From NCBI GenBank assembly GCA_010015585.1, contig ML975150.1: a stretch of 64,000 nt of DNA, one strand, 5' to 3'. Position 1 is the first letter of the stretch; each line of letters begins with the position of its first letter. Source of the DNA: Eremomyces bilateralis CBS 781.70 (Eukaryota). This document shows positions 50,834 to 61,686 of the stretch, in pieces. The notes beneath the pieces were generated by a model. That model was given only the letters and a program-made list of their open reading frames with translations, did not search any database and had not been told where the DNA came from. Position numbers and translations under genes: made by a program.

Positions 50834-53005
50834 ATGGCTATTATCACGGTAGATCATTGTCACCAATGTCGGGGAACAGCCACTGACATCCTCAGACCAC
50901 CACCACGGTGAAGAGCGAGAAGCAGCTCGGAGCGCGAGCCTTGACGGGCACCTTCGACTGGAAGGGTAAGGATATCTCCGGCTTCAACATCCCACGCACT
51001 CACATCCACAGATGTCCTCATCCCCCGCGATGCCGGCACCGGTGTGACCAAATGGTACTACCAGCGCCGCACCATCTACCAGTACGCCCTGGTGGCGGGC
51101 CTGGGTCTTCTGACCTTCTACAATTCGGAGAACCCTCGCATGCGCGCGGCGGCGCTCGGCGTCCTCTTCCCCGGCGCCGGTTTCATCGCTGTCGGAACGA
51201 TCTGGTCCGTCCTCGCCTTCATCGTGTCCACCGCGCTGCTCCCGCTCCTCCTCTTCGCGTGGTTCGCGTCCGGCGGCGTCAGTCTGCCGCTGGCTCTGTA
51301 CCTGGGAGACATCCTCCTCGCCGCCGCCATGGCTGGCAAGCCCGTGCTGGAGCTGGCGGCACCCCTCTGGGTGACCATCGTGGCGGTCGGCATCTCGGTC
51401 ATCACCTTCCGCACCCTGAACGCCAACAACGAGGCCCGCGAGCGAGGCAAGAAGCGGAACGAGTACCTGATCTCGACCGTCCAGGAGATTCAGCAGCAGG
51501 GTGTGTCTTCCCAGGCCGCTCCCGGGACTCGGGAGATGGACCTCGACACTCTGCGATTCCTGCAGTGGACGCTGGAGATGGGCCTTGCTCCTCGGGACGA
51601 CTGGTCCTACCATGATGTGATTGATCAGTTCCAGACCTCCGCCATCCGCTACCAGTTGTACGGTGGTGGCTGGGATCTGGCCCTCTATCAGTCCATCTAC
51701 GCCCCCAACTTCCACGGCTACCTGTCCCTGGCACAGCGGAACCTCATCGAGAAGTCCCTGACCAAGAAGGTCATGAACTTCTGGCAGTGGGAGAGCCTCT
51801 TCGTAAGCATCGCGCCGTAATCACCACGTCCACGCTAACAATCGCAGGGCAAGTTCAAGACCATGGACATCGACCCCATCCGCAAGGACAACATCGTGCG
51901 TCCCCTGAGATGATAAATGACCCGGCTAACCTCCTCGCAGATGGTGTCCGGATATATCCTTTTGTCGTGCGCTCTCTACCAAGCCAACACGGGCGACAAC
52001 CGCTACACCAAGCCCGGCAGCCTCGCGTTCGAGGTCACCCACAACGACGTCTACAAGTACGACATCCAGAGCGTCGCCGAGCTCGTCTTCTTCAACATGG
52101 ACCAGAACCCGTACACCCTATACCCCTGCGAGCCCAACTGGGTCTACGCCATCTGCAACCTCATCGGCGTTATCGGTCTCCAGGCCTCCGACCGCGTTCT
52201 CGGCAACAAGTTCGCCGATCGTATTCGGGAACGGTTCGAGTCGGCTCTCGAGCGCGAGTTCAGCAACGCCGACGGCACCATCCTCCCCATCCGCAGCGAG
52301 CTGACCGGCTTCACCATCCCCGGCCTCGCCGGCACCATCTCCGACGCCAGCGTGTGTATGCAGGGCTCGCCGTACATCCCCGCCATCGCTCACCGCAACT
52401 GGGCCTTCATCAAGCGTGAGAACCTCAAGTACAACAAGGACGGCAAGCTGGAGCTCGTCGGCCTCATCGGTGCGGACAAACTCGACCCCGGCAACTACAA
52501 GGAGGGTGTCGGAGCCATCCGCGCCAACCTTGCCGCCGTGGCCGCCGAGTTCGGTGACGCGCAGATCGCCCACGATCTAGTCAAGCAGGTCGATGAGGAG
52601 TACCATCCCGTCAAGGAGACCAAGAGCGGCTCCCGCAAGAACCAGGGTCTGTCCACCATCCTCCACGGTTCCACCCTCCGCGCTCGCATGTCCGGTTTCC
52701 AGGATTGGTCCAACCTCGTCGGCAAGGGTATTCCGGAGATCACCCGCAGCGGCCCTATCCTCGAGGAGGTTACGTTCCCCGACGTCCTAGTCGCCAAGGC
52801 GTACTCCGTGGACGGCGAGTCCGTCGACCTGGTCCTCTACGACGGCAAGGCCCCGGGTCGCTTCCAGCTCGGCTTCACGCAGCTCCGCCCCGGCGCCACG
52901 TACTCGCTGGGAAAGCAGACCGCGACCGCCGACGAGGAGGGCCACGCCAGCTTTGAGCTGGAGATCCGCGGCCGCACGGCCGTGAAGCTGGAGCCCGTCG
53001 CGTAA
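50834..53005 (+). CDS. Membrane-anchored linalool dehydratase/isomerase-family protein (~662 aa)
   Basis: Exons 50834-50848, 50896-50965, 51012-51802, 51848-51895, 51941-53005; N-terminal hydrophobic helices; DQFQTSAIRYQL, DPIRKDNIMVSGY..LYQANTGDNRY, CEPNWVYAICN. Confidence 0.85.
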
Positions 53006-53222
53006 AAGCGCGGTGTTCTGGCAATGCGGAGTTTCACAGGGATGCATTTCTGTTCTTTGTCGTATGCGGCCTTGGTTTCTGCGGCATCCCGTGCGCGTTT
53101 TGCCTCCGCCTCTTCTCTTTGCCGCTCGAATACGGATTTCTTCGTAACGCATGCACAGCGGCTGCGTCAGTGTACATGGTGGGCTGTCGGATCGTTCCGA
53201 TTCCAAGTCTCCATACTATCTA

Positions 53223-54230
53223 TCAAACCCTAGCGTTCTTCACAAACTCCTTCCAAGTTGTAGGTTTATCCTCCAAAGCATCTAGGCTCTCCTGTAAGGA
53301 AATTCCGTCGAAGAGTCCTGGCTCCTCAATCAGCAAGTGGTTCTCTAGCATCTCCTGGGCCATCGAGTCCGGTAGGAAGCTCTTATACTGATCCGCGGTA
53401 ACTTGAGTGAACTGGATCTTCTTTCAGGTTACCTCTTCAAAGTCAGCGAGGATCTGTGTCACCGGATAGTAGTCGGTGGCTGCAAAGATCCGTTTGCCGT
53501 TGAATGCGTCTGGCTTCTTCAACGCGGGCTTCACAAATTTACCTAAGACGTGTCAGTGTTTCAGCTCTGCGGAAATGTATATAGGAATGCTCACCCATAT
53601 CCTGGACCGTTTCGACAAGGGGGAACTTTGCCTCCTTGCTGACTGGATATGCAAGGCTGTAGGAGCCGTCGTCGCGCTTCCGCAGCATCTGCAGGTAGTT
53701 GGACATGTAGTAACCTGCCACAACAAAAGTGGCTGGGATCCCCAAGGAGCGGATGTGTTCTTCGATTTCAGCCTTGCTGTCGAAGTGTTTCGCGTGTGAG
53801 AGTCGGCCGCTAGAGATTTGGGTCGCGTTCAGCAGAGATGAGAAAATGAGATGCTTGACTCCGACTTCTTTGGAAGCATCAGCGACGGTCTTCCCTTGGG
53901 CTTTCTCAACTTCAGGATCACCAGTCTCCCAGTAGTTAGTCACGAGAAAGGCGGTATCGGAACCCTTGATCGCAGAGATAATCGAGTCCTTGTGGTTCAT
54001 GTCCGCCTGTAACGAGATAACCACGGAGTTTTCCAACCTCGGGATTTTCGCCCATATTACCGTCACAATTTCAACGCCCTTTTTCGCCAGTGCCTGCGCC
54101 TTAGGCTTGGAAGCGTCGCGAGTCACGCCTCGAATGGAGTACTCTTTCGATAGTTGCATCGCCGAGGATCGCGTCGATCACTGAGCCTCCTTGGATGCCA
54201 GTGGCACCGAAGACCGTGAACTTTTGGCAT
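53223..54230 (-). pseudogene. NmrA/HSCARG-like NAD(P)-binding protein, disrupted
   Basis: VFGATGIQGGSVI, RGVTRD, FLVTNYWE, HFDSKAEIE; two frameshifts in the first ~25 codons and an in-frame TGA (EVT*KKI, ~53424). Confidence 0.85.
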
Positions 54231-54952
54231 CGTCGGAAAATTGGAGAGGTCAAACGCCTGGGATTTCTGGGATAGAATTTAATGTTGATCTCGGGATCGT
54301 GAGTGATGTGCAGTGGAAGGGAACGTCGACTCGTCGAGCACTTGATATAAGACCGCAGTGGAGAGGATGCCATTTCAAATCTGTGACGTCAATTCTTCAT
54401 TCAGCCGGCTCAGTCAGAAGAGCTTCTGTAGGAAGTAGTTCTAGCACGGAATACAACTATTCTTGGCCCTCGTCTTAATCGTTTGAGCAAACCTTTCCGC
54501 GTAGAATTCGTCCACATCTCCAAGTATAGCAAGCATAGGGTACCTCTGTGCTTATGGCCATATTCCATGCTTTAATCAGGTCTGTCGGGCCGTTTTCCTG
54601 TCCTTCTCGGCCAAAAAGTGAATCGATGAGTTGATGTTGCTACAGTCATGCCCGATATCGGCTAGGAATTCTTCCAACGCGGGAGGTTTCCAGATAGGCT
54701 GTTGATGAAATAGGGCTCTGGCAACAGACGGCAATGACAACTATGAAGAGGGAGGAGAAGAAGAAGTCATTTGAATTGGTGCGGGCGCTGGCAAGGATAC
54801 TGAAGTAGGTACAACAGTCGTGGCTGGTGTAGAAGTAGTCGGTATAAAGGGAGGTCGAGGGATTGATACATGCCACAGCAGCTTTTGCTTGGCTGGTAGG
54901 AGAACAAGAACCGTGATAACGACTAGGCTACAGATGGGTGCGTACCATTTCT

Positions 54953-55620
54953 TTAGTTCTTACTCCCGATAACAATGTCCTTTCCGCTGACCGGGTCTTC
55001 GGCATAGATTCGATGATAAACGAATTTCAGAGTGCTACGCGTCCTTCTCACGGCGTCGAGAAGTTCGATGGACAGGTCGTGAAATTCTTCAATTTCTTGA
55101 CGAAACTTGTAGTCGTCATATTGAAAATATCCTCCAACCATTGCTGCGGCGAACAACCGTCGTAATGGATGGGATTTCGGTAACTCTGCGGCGGAACGGA
55201 TGTGCTCGGACGTGAGGAATTTCGTGTTGGGTTCGGTCCTCGAGTTGGGTTCGGTCGTCGAGAATAAATCGTGATATTCGAACTGTTCAGAAGCGTTTTG
55301 ATACGATCTACCACTCGACCTTCCATCCCGGTGACGCTACAGTGGTCCGCAAGTCGGAGGAATTCGACCAGTGAACTGATGGCGTCCTGGGCCGGCAATG
55401 TCCCTAGGCTCACACGTCCCACATATAGCCATTGGAGAAGCATTTCGAAACTTCGAACGGACACCACGCCATCGATCTCGGCCAAGGTGGTCGACTGTTC
55501 GTGGGTCTCCCGAAAATCGCCGCCAAATGTGGCGGCGAAGTACGGTGACTGTTGGCAGATGAGTGCCTCCGTCACCAGGTACTCACGAGAAGATCCGATG
55601 CAAATCTTGACGCAGGCCTG
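54953..55620 (-). pseudogene. BTB/POZ-domain protein, frameshifted
   Basis: LICQQSPYFAATFGGDFRE..SFEMLLQWLY; C-terminal part continues in another frame (ORF 54953-55156). Confidence 0.75.
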
Positions 55621-55984
55621 AGTAGAGTGGAATCATCCTATCTCGATCAGCGACCGGTCATCGGAGAGTGGCGAAATGGCATACGATTTCGCGAAGACAG
55701 TGAAAGGCAAGCGATGGGCCTCCTCCGGACCTGAGCTCGACATATTGGAAGTTGGAAGTCTGAAAGGTGAGCTGGTCGTTCACTCTTGTACGGTCGTGAG
55801 TGTTTGTCACGGATCGAGATTTGGGCCTGGCTGATGGGTGCCTCTGGCACATTTGCAAGCCGGGGACGAGTTCCGCACGGCGGCCAGGCGCACCACGGTC
55901 TCCACTTGTCGAAATCCCGCAGGGGAAAAGAAGTCGTGGGGGAAGTCTGTTGGTTCCCTATTATTGGCCCATGGTGCCCCACGG

Positions 55985-56400
55985 GGTTTGCCCATGCGGC
56001 CACTGTTTGGGCTATTGTAGATTTCCCAGTGCCAGCCAAACCACTCAGCCAGAAGATGCGTTGTGAGGTTTCGCCATTGACCCAATTGTATATGGCGTGG
56101 AGGAGATCGGTACGGGTTCTGGGGAGACAGGTTGGTTCGTGCTCCCGCTTGCGTGTGCTAAACGGTGCGTCCGCAGCAATGGGTAGGATCTTCTGAAGTA
56201 AATCGTTGTGTTCTAATTATGCTTTCAGTTAATCTGTCATCATCGCAAGTTCTAATGCAGAATTACTCACTTGAAGTAGTCTCACTGGAGGCAAAAGTTA
56301 TACTTCCAAGGTTGATGCCAGCAAAGTTCTGGCCTCCATCGGTTCCGGAGTCCGGACGTGTTATGGATGGCAAGATGGTGGGGTAAAGGGCCGCTAGTCA
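55985..56400 (-). pseudogene. NACHT (HET-E-like NLR) N-terminal/P-loop fragment
   Basis: LPIAADAPFS..EHEPTCLPRTRTDLL..IYNW..RIFWLSGLAGTGKSTIAQTVA; similarity stops just after Walker A. Confidence 0.85.
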
Positions 56401-56694
56401 TGAGGGGCTATCACCGCCGTTGCTCTGTGACACTGAAGACATTCGGCGACAACCTGTTATTCTCTTTTCCGTTGATATTGGCATGTTCATTGAGCAAAAT
56501 CGTCGTCAGGCTGGCTGGACTGGCGGCGTCAAGATGCGCGCGATGGTTTGCCGCAACCCCTCTGCATCGTCTCAATGGAAGTGCAGCCATTCAGCCCCTA
56601 AATATAGATAGAGATCTCTTGCCTCTCCCCGTTCTCTCCTCCTGGTTTCAAATAGTCAATTCGCAATTCTTTTTGATATTTTCGTTTGAATAGG

Positions 56695-56847
56695 ATGGAT
56701 CCTCTCAGCATCACCGCCTCAGTAGTGGGAATCACCACAACAGTTCTCCAGAGTGTCCAGGTCCTCGCCAAGACCGTCGACAACCTTAAAGATGCTCCCA
56801 AAACTATACATGTGTTTCCCCTTTCCATGGTCACGTGTAATATTTAA
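56695..56847 (+). pseudogene. HeLo-like/SesA-type fungal NLR N-terminal domain fragment
   Basis: MDPLSITASVVGITTTVLQSVQVLAKTVDNLKDAPKTI then stop after 50 codons. Confidence 0.7.
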
Positions 56848-57416
56848 TGAGCGAGGTTGCTGTGCGTTGCTGGAGGTTCGAGCTAGACCAACGGTAATGC
56901 TATTCTCGCTATAATACGAGTATTAAGATCAATATTGAGTTCTAAGGGTTGCCACCTGTGAAGAGCTCCGATAGACGGCGCAAGGGCGCGATATGATAGT
57001 TGAATTATGTCATACACTGACGATACTACCCCACCATGAATGTCCTCAGGTGCTCAAGGATCCGCAATTCGGCAAAGGTATCTATTCCTGTGCGACTGAT
57101 TATCCGGCTCCCCAAACCAGTAATATCAGAGGTCTCGAATGGTTTTCAGGTCTCCCCGTTAAATTACCTGTATACCGCTGGAACACGTTGGTTTGCAAGG
57201 TTTCATGGACTGCAACTGTCCTTTGACAAGGTTTGACCGAATTCTTGAGAGCTCGCGCTAGACCCCGATAACAAGTAATAACCCCAAGCAGAACCTCCTA
57301 TCGACAGCGTTTAGAACCCTATCCTTTGGGCTTTGAGTCTTTACCCCGAGTCTATGGAGCGTGCATGATTTTCACAGAACACTAGAATCAAGAGTTGCGG
57401 CCAAAGTACTAGCAAC

Positions 57417-60400
57417 ATGCCTGAACGGGGGATCAGAATTGCTATTGACGTATGCCCTCACTTTCCCAGCCTTGTAGCAAATACTGACGAAAAACAGCGG
57501 GGTGGGACCTTCACTGACTGTGTTGGGAACCCCGGGACAGGGAGGATGGAAGACGATGTTGTAGTGAAGCTCTTATCTGTGGATCCAAGCAATTACGATG
57601 ATGCACCCTTGGAAGGGATTCGCAGATTATTGTCTAAGTTCACAGGAAAGGAAATCCCTCGTGGTGAGCCGCTGGATACCTCCAATATCGAGAGCATACG
57701 AATGGGAACGACGGTCGCAACCAATGCACTATTAGAGCGAAAGGGGGAGGACATCGCCCTGGTAGTGACCAAAGGCTTCAAAGACTGCTTAGAGATCGGC
57801 AATCAATCCCGCCCAAACATCTTCGATCTCGCCATCCGGAAACCGGAAGTACTCTACAAGCGAGTTGTCGAGATCGACGAAAGAGTGACTTTAGAAGACT
57901 ATGCGGAAGATCCGGAACGGACCAAGACAGAGTCCAAGCCGATTGAAGAGGCTGGAAAAGATGCTCAGCTTGTCCGTGGCCTTTCGGGCGAAGCAGTGCG
58001 AATTCTTAAACAGCCAGTTGAAGACGAGATACGGTCCCGGTTGAAGGAGGTATATGACTCTGGCTTGAGGAGTATAGCAGTCTGTTTGATGCATGGGTAC
58101 ACGTTCCCTCACCACGAGGCCCTCGTGGGTAAAATTGCCGAGGACATCGGGTTTGAGCATGTCAGTCTCAGTCATCAGCTCATGCCTATGATCAAACTAG
58201 TCCCTCGTGCAACGTCTGCCTGTGCCGACGCTTATCTTACCCCGGCAATCAAGAAGTACATCTCCGGATTCGCCGCAGGGTTTGCAGGAGGCATTGGCAC
58301 AGAAGCTGTCAAGAAGCAAGCGGGCGCGAAAGCTGCCAGGTGCGAATTCATGCAATCGGACGGTGGTCTAGTCGATGTCGACAAATTTTCTGGCTTGCGA
58401 GCTGTTCTATCCGGTCCGGCAGGAGGCGTCGTGGGCTACGCTTTGACATCGTACGATCGTAAAACCAACATTCCTGTCATCGGATTTGACATGGGGGGAA
58501 CGAGCACTGATGTCAGTCGTTACGGAGAGGGGAGATATGATCATGTTTTTGAAACCACGACTGCAGGAGTAACAATTCAGTCTCCTCAACTTGATATCAA
58601 TACGGTTGCGGCAGGCGGAGGCTCGCGGCTGTTCTTCAGGAATGGGCTCTTTGTGGTGGGCCCTGAGTCTGCGAGTGCCCATCCTGGACCCGCGTGCTAT
58701 AGGAAGGGCGGTCCCTTGACGATAACGGATGCAAATCTCTTCCTTGGACGTCTCCTGCCTGACTTCTTCCCAAAGATCTTCGGAAAGAATGAAGATGAGG
58801 GCCTTGATACGGAAGCCAGTGAGCAGTTGTTCAAACAGCTGACAGATGACATAAACTTGGAGGTTGCTGGAGATGACAAGTCTAAAGCGATGTCCATCGA
58901 TGAGGTCGCATTTGGATTTATCAAAATTGCAAACGAGACGATGACACGACCGATCCGTTCGCTGACAGAAGCCCGAGGGCACGATACATCGAGGCACCGA
59001 CTTGCTACTTTCGGAGGCGCTGGAGGGCAGCATGCCGTTGCAATTGCTGAAGCATTGGGTATCTCTCAGATCTTGATCCACCGATATTCTTCAGTGCTGT
59101 CGGCTTACGGCATGGCACTTGCCGATGTCGTAGATGAGAGACAAGAACCGGATTCAAAGGTGTGGTCCGATGATGATAAAGAGATTCGGGATTATTTGAA
59201 AAATAAAGTGGAAGATCTTAAAGCGAAGGCAAGGGCTGGACTCCGTGAGCAAGGCTTCTCAGTCGAGAATATCGTCTTTGAAGAATACCTCAATCTCCGA
59301 TACCGAGGAACGGAGTCAGCGCTCATGATCATCCGTCCCTCGAAAGAAGTCGCTGAGAAGGAGCATGGCGGCGATGACTGGGCGTTCGGAAATGCCTTTG
59401 TCAAGCAGCACGACCAGGAGTTTGGGTTCACTTTGCCTGACCGTGACATTATCGTAGATGATGTACGAGTACGTGGCATTGGAAAGACGTTTGAAGGCTT
59501 GGAACAGACCGTGGATGACCAGTTGAAGGAGATCAAGCCGAAAGACGTTAGCAGAGAAGAAAAGCGATACGGCGAGCGCAAAGTTTACTTCGAAGGGGGA
59601 AGACGCGACACACCCCTCTACAAGATCGAGGATCTCGAGATCGGAGACCGGGTCAAGGGTCCAGCCATACTCGCAGATGGAACCCAGACAATTGTTGTCA
59701 CTCCAGGGGCCAGTGCCCTTGTTATCAAGACTCACGTTATCATCAACATTGGAGAGAGTGAGTTCAAGGACGTGAAGGTCAACACTAAAGAAGTCGACCC
59801 GATCATGCTGAGCATCTTTGCGCACCGCTTCATGGCCATCGCGGAGCAAATGGGACGAGCGCTCCAGAAGACGAGCGTGAGCACCAATGTCAAAGAACGA
59901 TTGGATTACTCATGCGCGTTGTTTGACGAGGATGGTGCTTTGGTCGCAAATGGTATATACTGATGCCACAGAATCTTTGGTGCAACCGCTAACTGCAGCA
60001 GCTCCTCACCTGCCTGTCCATCTCGGGTCCATGTCAACCTGTGTCAAGAAGCAAGCAGCAATCTGGAAAGGCAAGCTGAAAAGAGGGGATGTTTTGGTCT
60101 CGAATCACCCGATGTTTGGTGGCACTCATCTTCCAGATATTACCGCGATAACGCCAGCTTTCAACGGAGACAAAATCGTGTTTTATGTTGCCTCGAGAGC
60201 CCATCATGCTGACATTGGGGGGATTCTCCCTGGTTCCATGCCTCCAAACTCGAGAGAACTGTACCAGGAGGGTGCAGCGATCAAGTCAGAGAAATTGGTA
60301 TCAGAAGGCAAGTTCAACGAGAAGCGAATGGTCGAGCTATTGTACGATGAACCAGCCCAATATCCTGGATGCAGTGGCTCGAGAAGTCTTGCGGACAACA

Positions 60401-61686
60401 TCAACGACTTGAAGGCCCAGGTGGCAGCAAACCAGAAAGGAATCAATTTGATCAGCACTCTGATTGAGGACTACGGCGAGGATGTGGTGAAGTTCTACAT
60501 GAAGAGCATCCAAGATAATGCGGAGATGAGCGTCAAAGCCCTTCTTAAGAATGTCTATAAGCGGTTCGAAGGCAAAGATCTATCAGCCACCGACTACATG
60601 GATGATGGAAGCCCTATCAAACTGAAAGTCAAGATTGATCGTGAGAAAGGAGAAGCTGAGTTCGACTTCACTGGAACTGGACCAGAAGTCTACGGTACGA
60701 GTTACTATATCATCATTTGAACAACACAACTAACACGATACTAGGCAATATCAACGCACCAGAGGCCATCACGTACTCTGCGATCATCTACTGTCTTCGT
60801 TGTCTGGTTTCTGAGGACATCCCCCTGAATCAAGGATGTCTGAAGCCAATTCATGTCAAGATCCCGAAGAAGTCCTTCCTTTCTCCCTCAGACAAAGCCG
60901 CTGTTGTAGGGGGCAACGTCCTCACGGTATGTTTGTCTACATGAATACCGCTGACATGTCGCTAACAGGACGCAGAGTCAGCGAGTCACCGATGTGGTAC
61001 TAAAAGCCTTCCAAGCCTGTGCAGCTTCTCAGGGTGACTGCAACAATTTGACCTTCGGCTTCGGTTCAAACGCAGTAGGGAAAGCCGCCGTGAAAGGCTT
61101 CGGATACTACGAGACCATTGCAGGCGGCTCCGGGGCAGGACCGACCTGGAATGGCACATCCGGAGTCCATGTACACATGACCAATACACGCATCACCGAT
61201 GCCGAGGTCTTTGAGCGTCGTTACCCCGTCATCCTACGCGAATTCAACCTTCGCGCTGGAAGCGGTGGGCGAGGACAACATCATGGAGGCGACGGAGTCA
61301 TCCGAGATATTGAATTCCGCATCCCAGTTCAAGTCAGCATCCTCAGCGAGCGCCGTGTTTACCATCCATACGGCCTGGAAGGAGGTGAAGACGCAGTTTG
61401 CGGGATGAACGTGTGGGTCCGAAAGGTGGAACGGAGCGACGAGAATTCCGACAGCGTCGCTTCAACGACCATCGTCGATGACGATGAGGTGAGGTATATC
61501 AACTTGGGCGGCAAGAACACGGCGGATATGAAACCGGGGGAGAGAATCATCGTTATGACGCCCGGAGGAGGTGGTTGGGGTCCGTTTGGCGAGGAGAGCA
61601 AGGCGCAGAAGCAAGCGGATCCGAAGCTGGCTTGGAGAAAGGGTAGTGTTGCGCTGCGCCAGGATATGGCGGAGGCATCCGCATGA
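57417..61686 (+). CDS. OXP1: 5-oxoprolinase (ATP-hydrolysing), fused hydantoinase A/B
   Basis: [56 protein letters not shown]; four introns. Confidence 0.97.

Noticed and set aside
43490..57200. TTAC-type Starship target-site direct repeats (for example 43497, 43678, 57163)
   Set aside because: 4-mers occur by chance and no matching flanks or TIRs could be paired without an empty-site alignment
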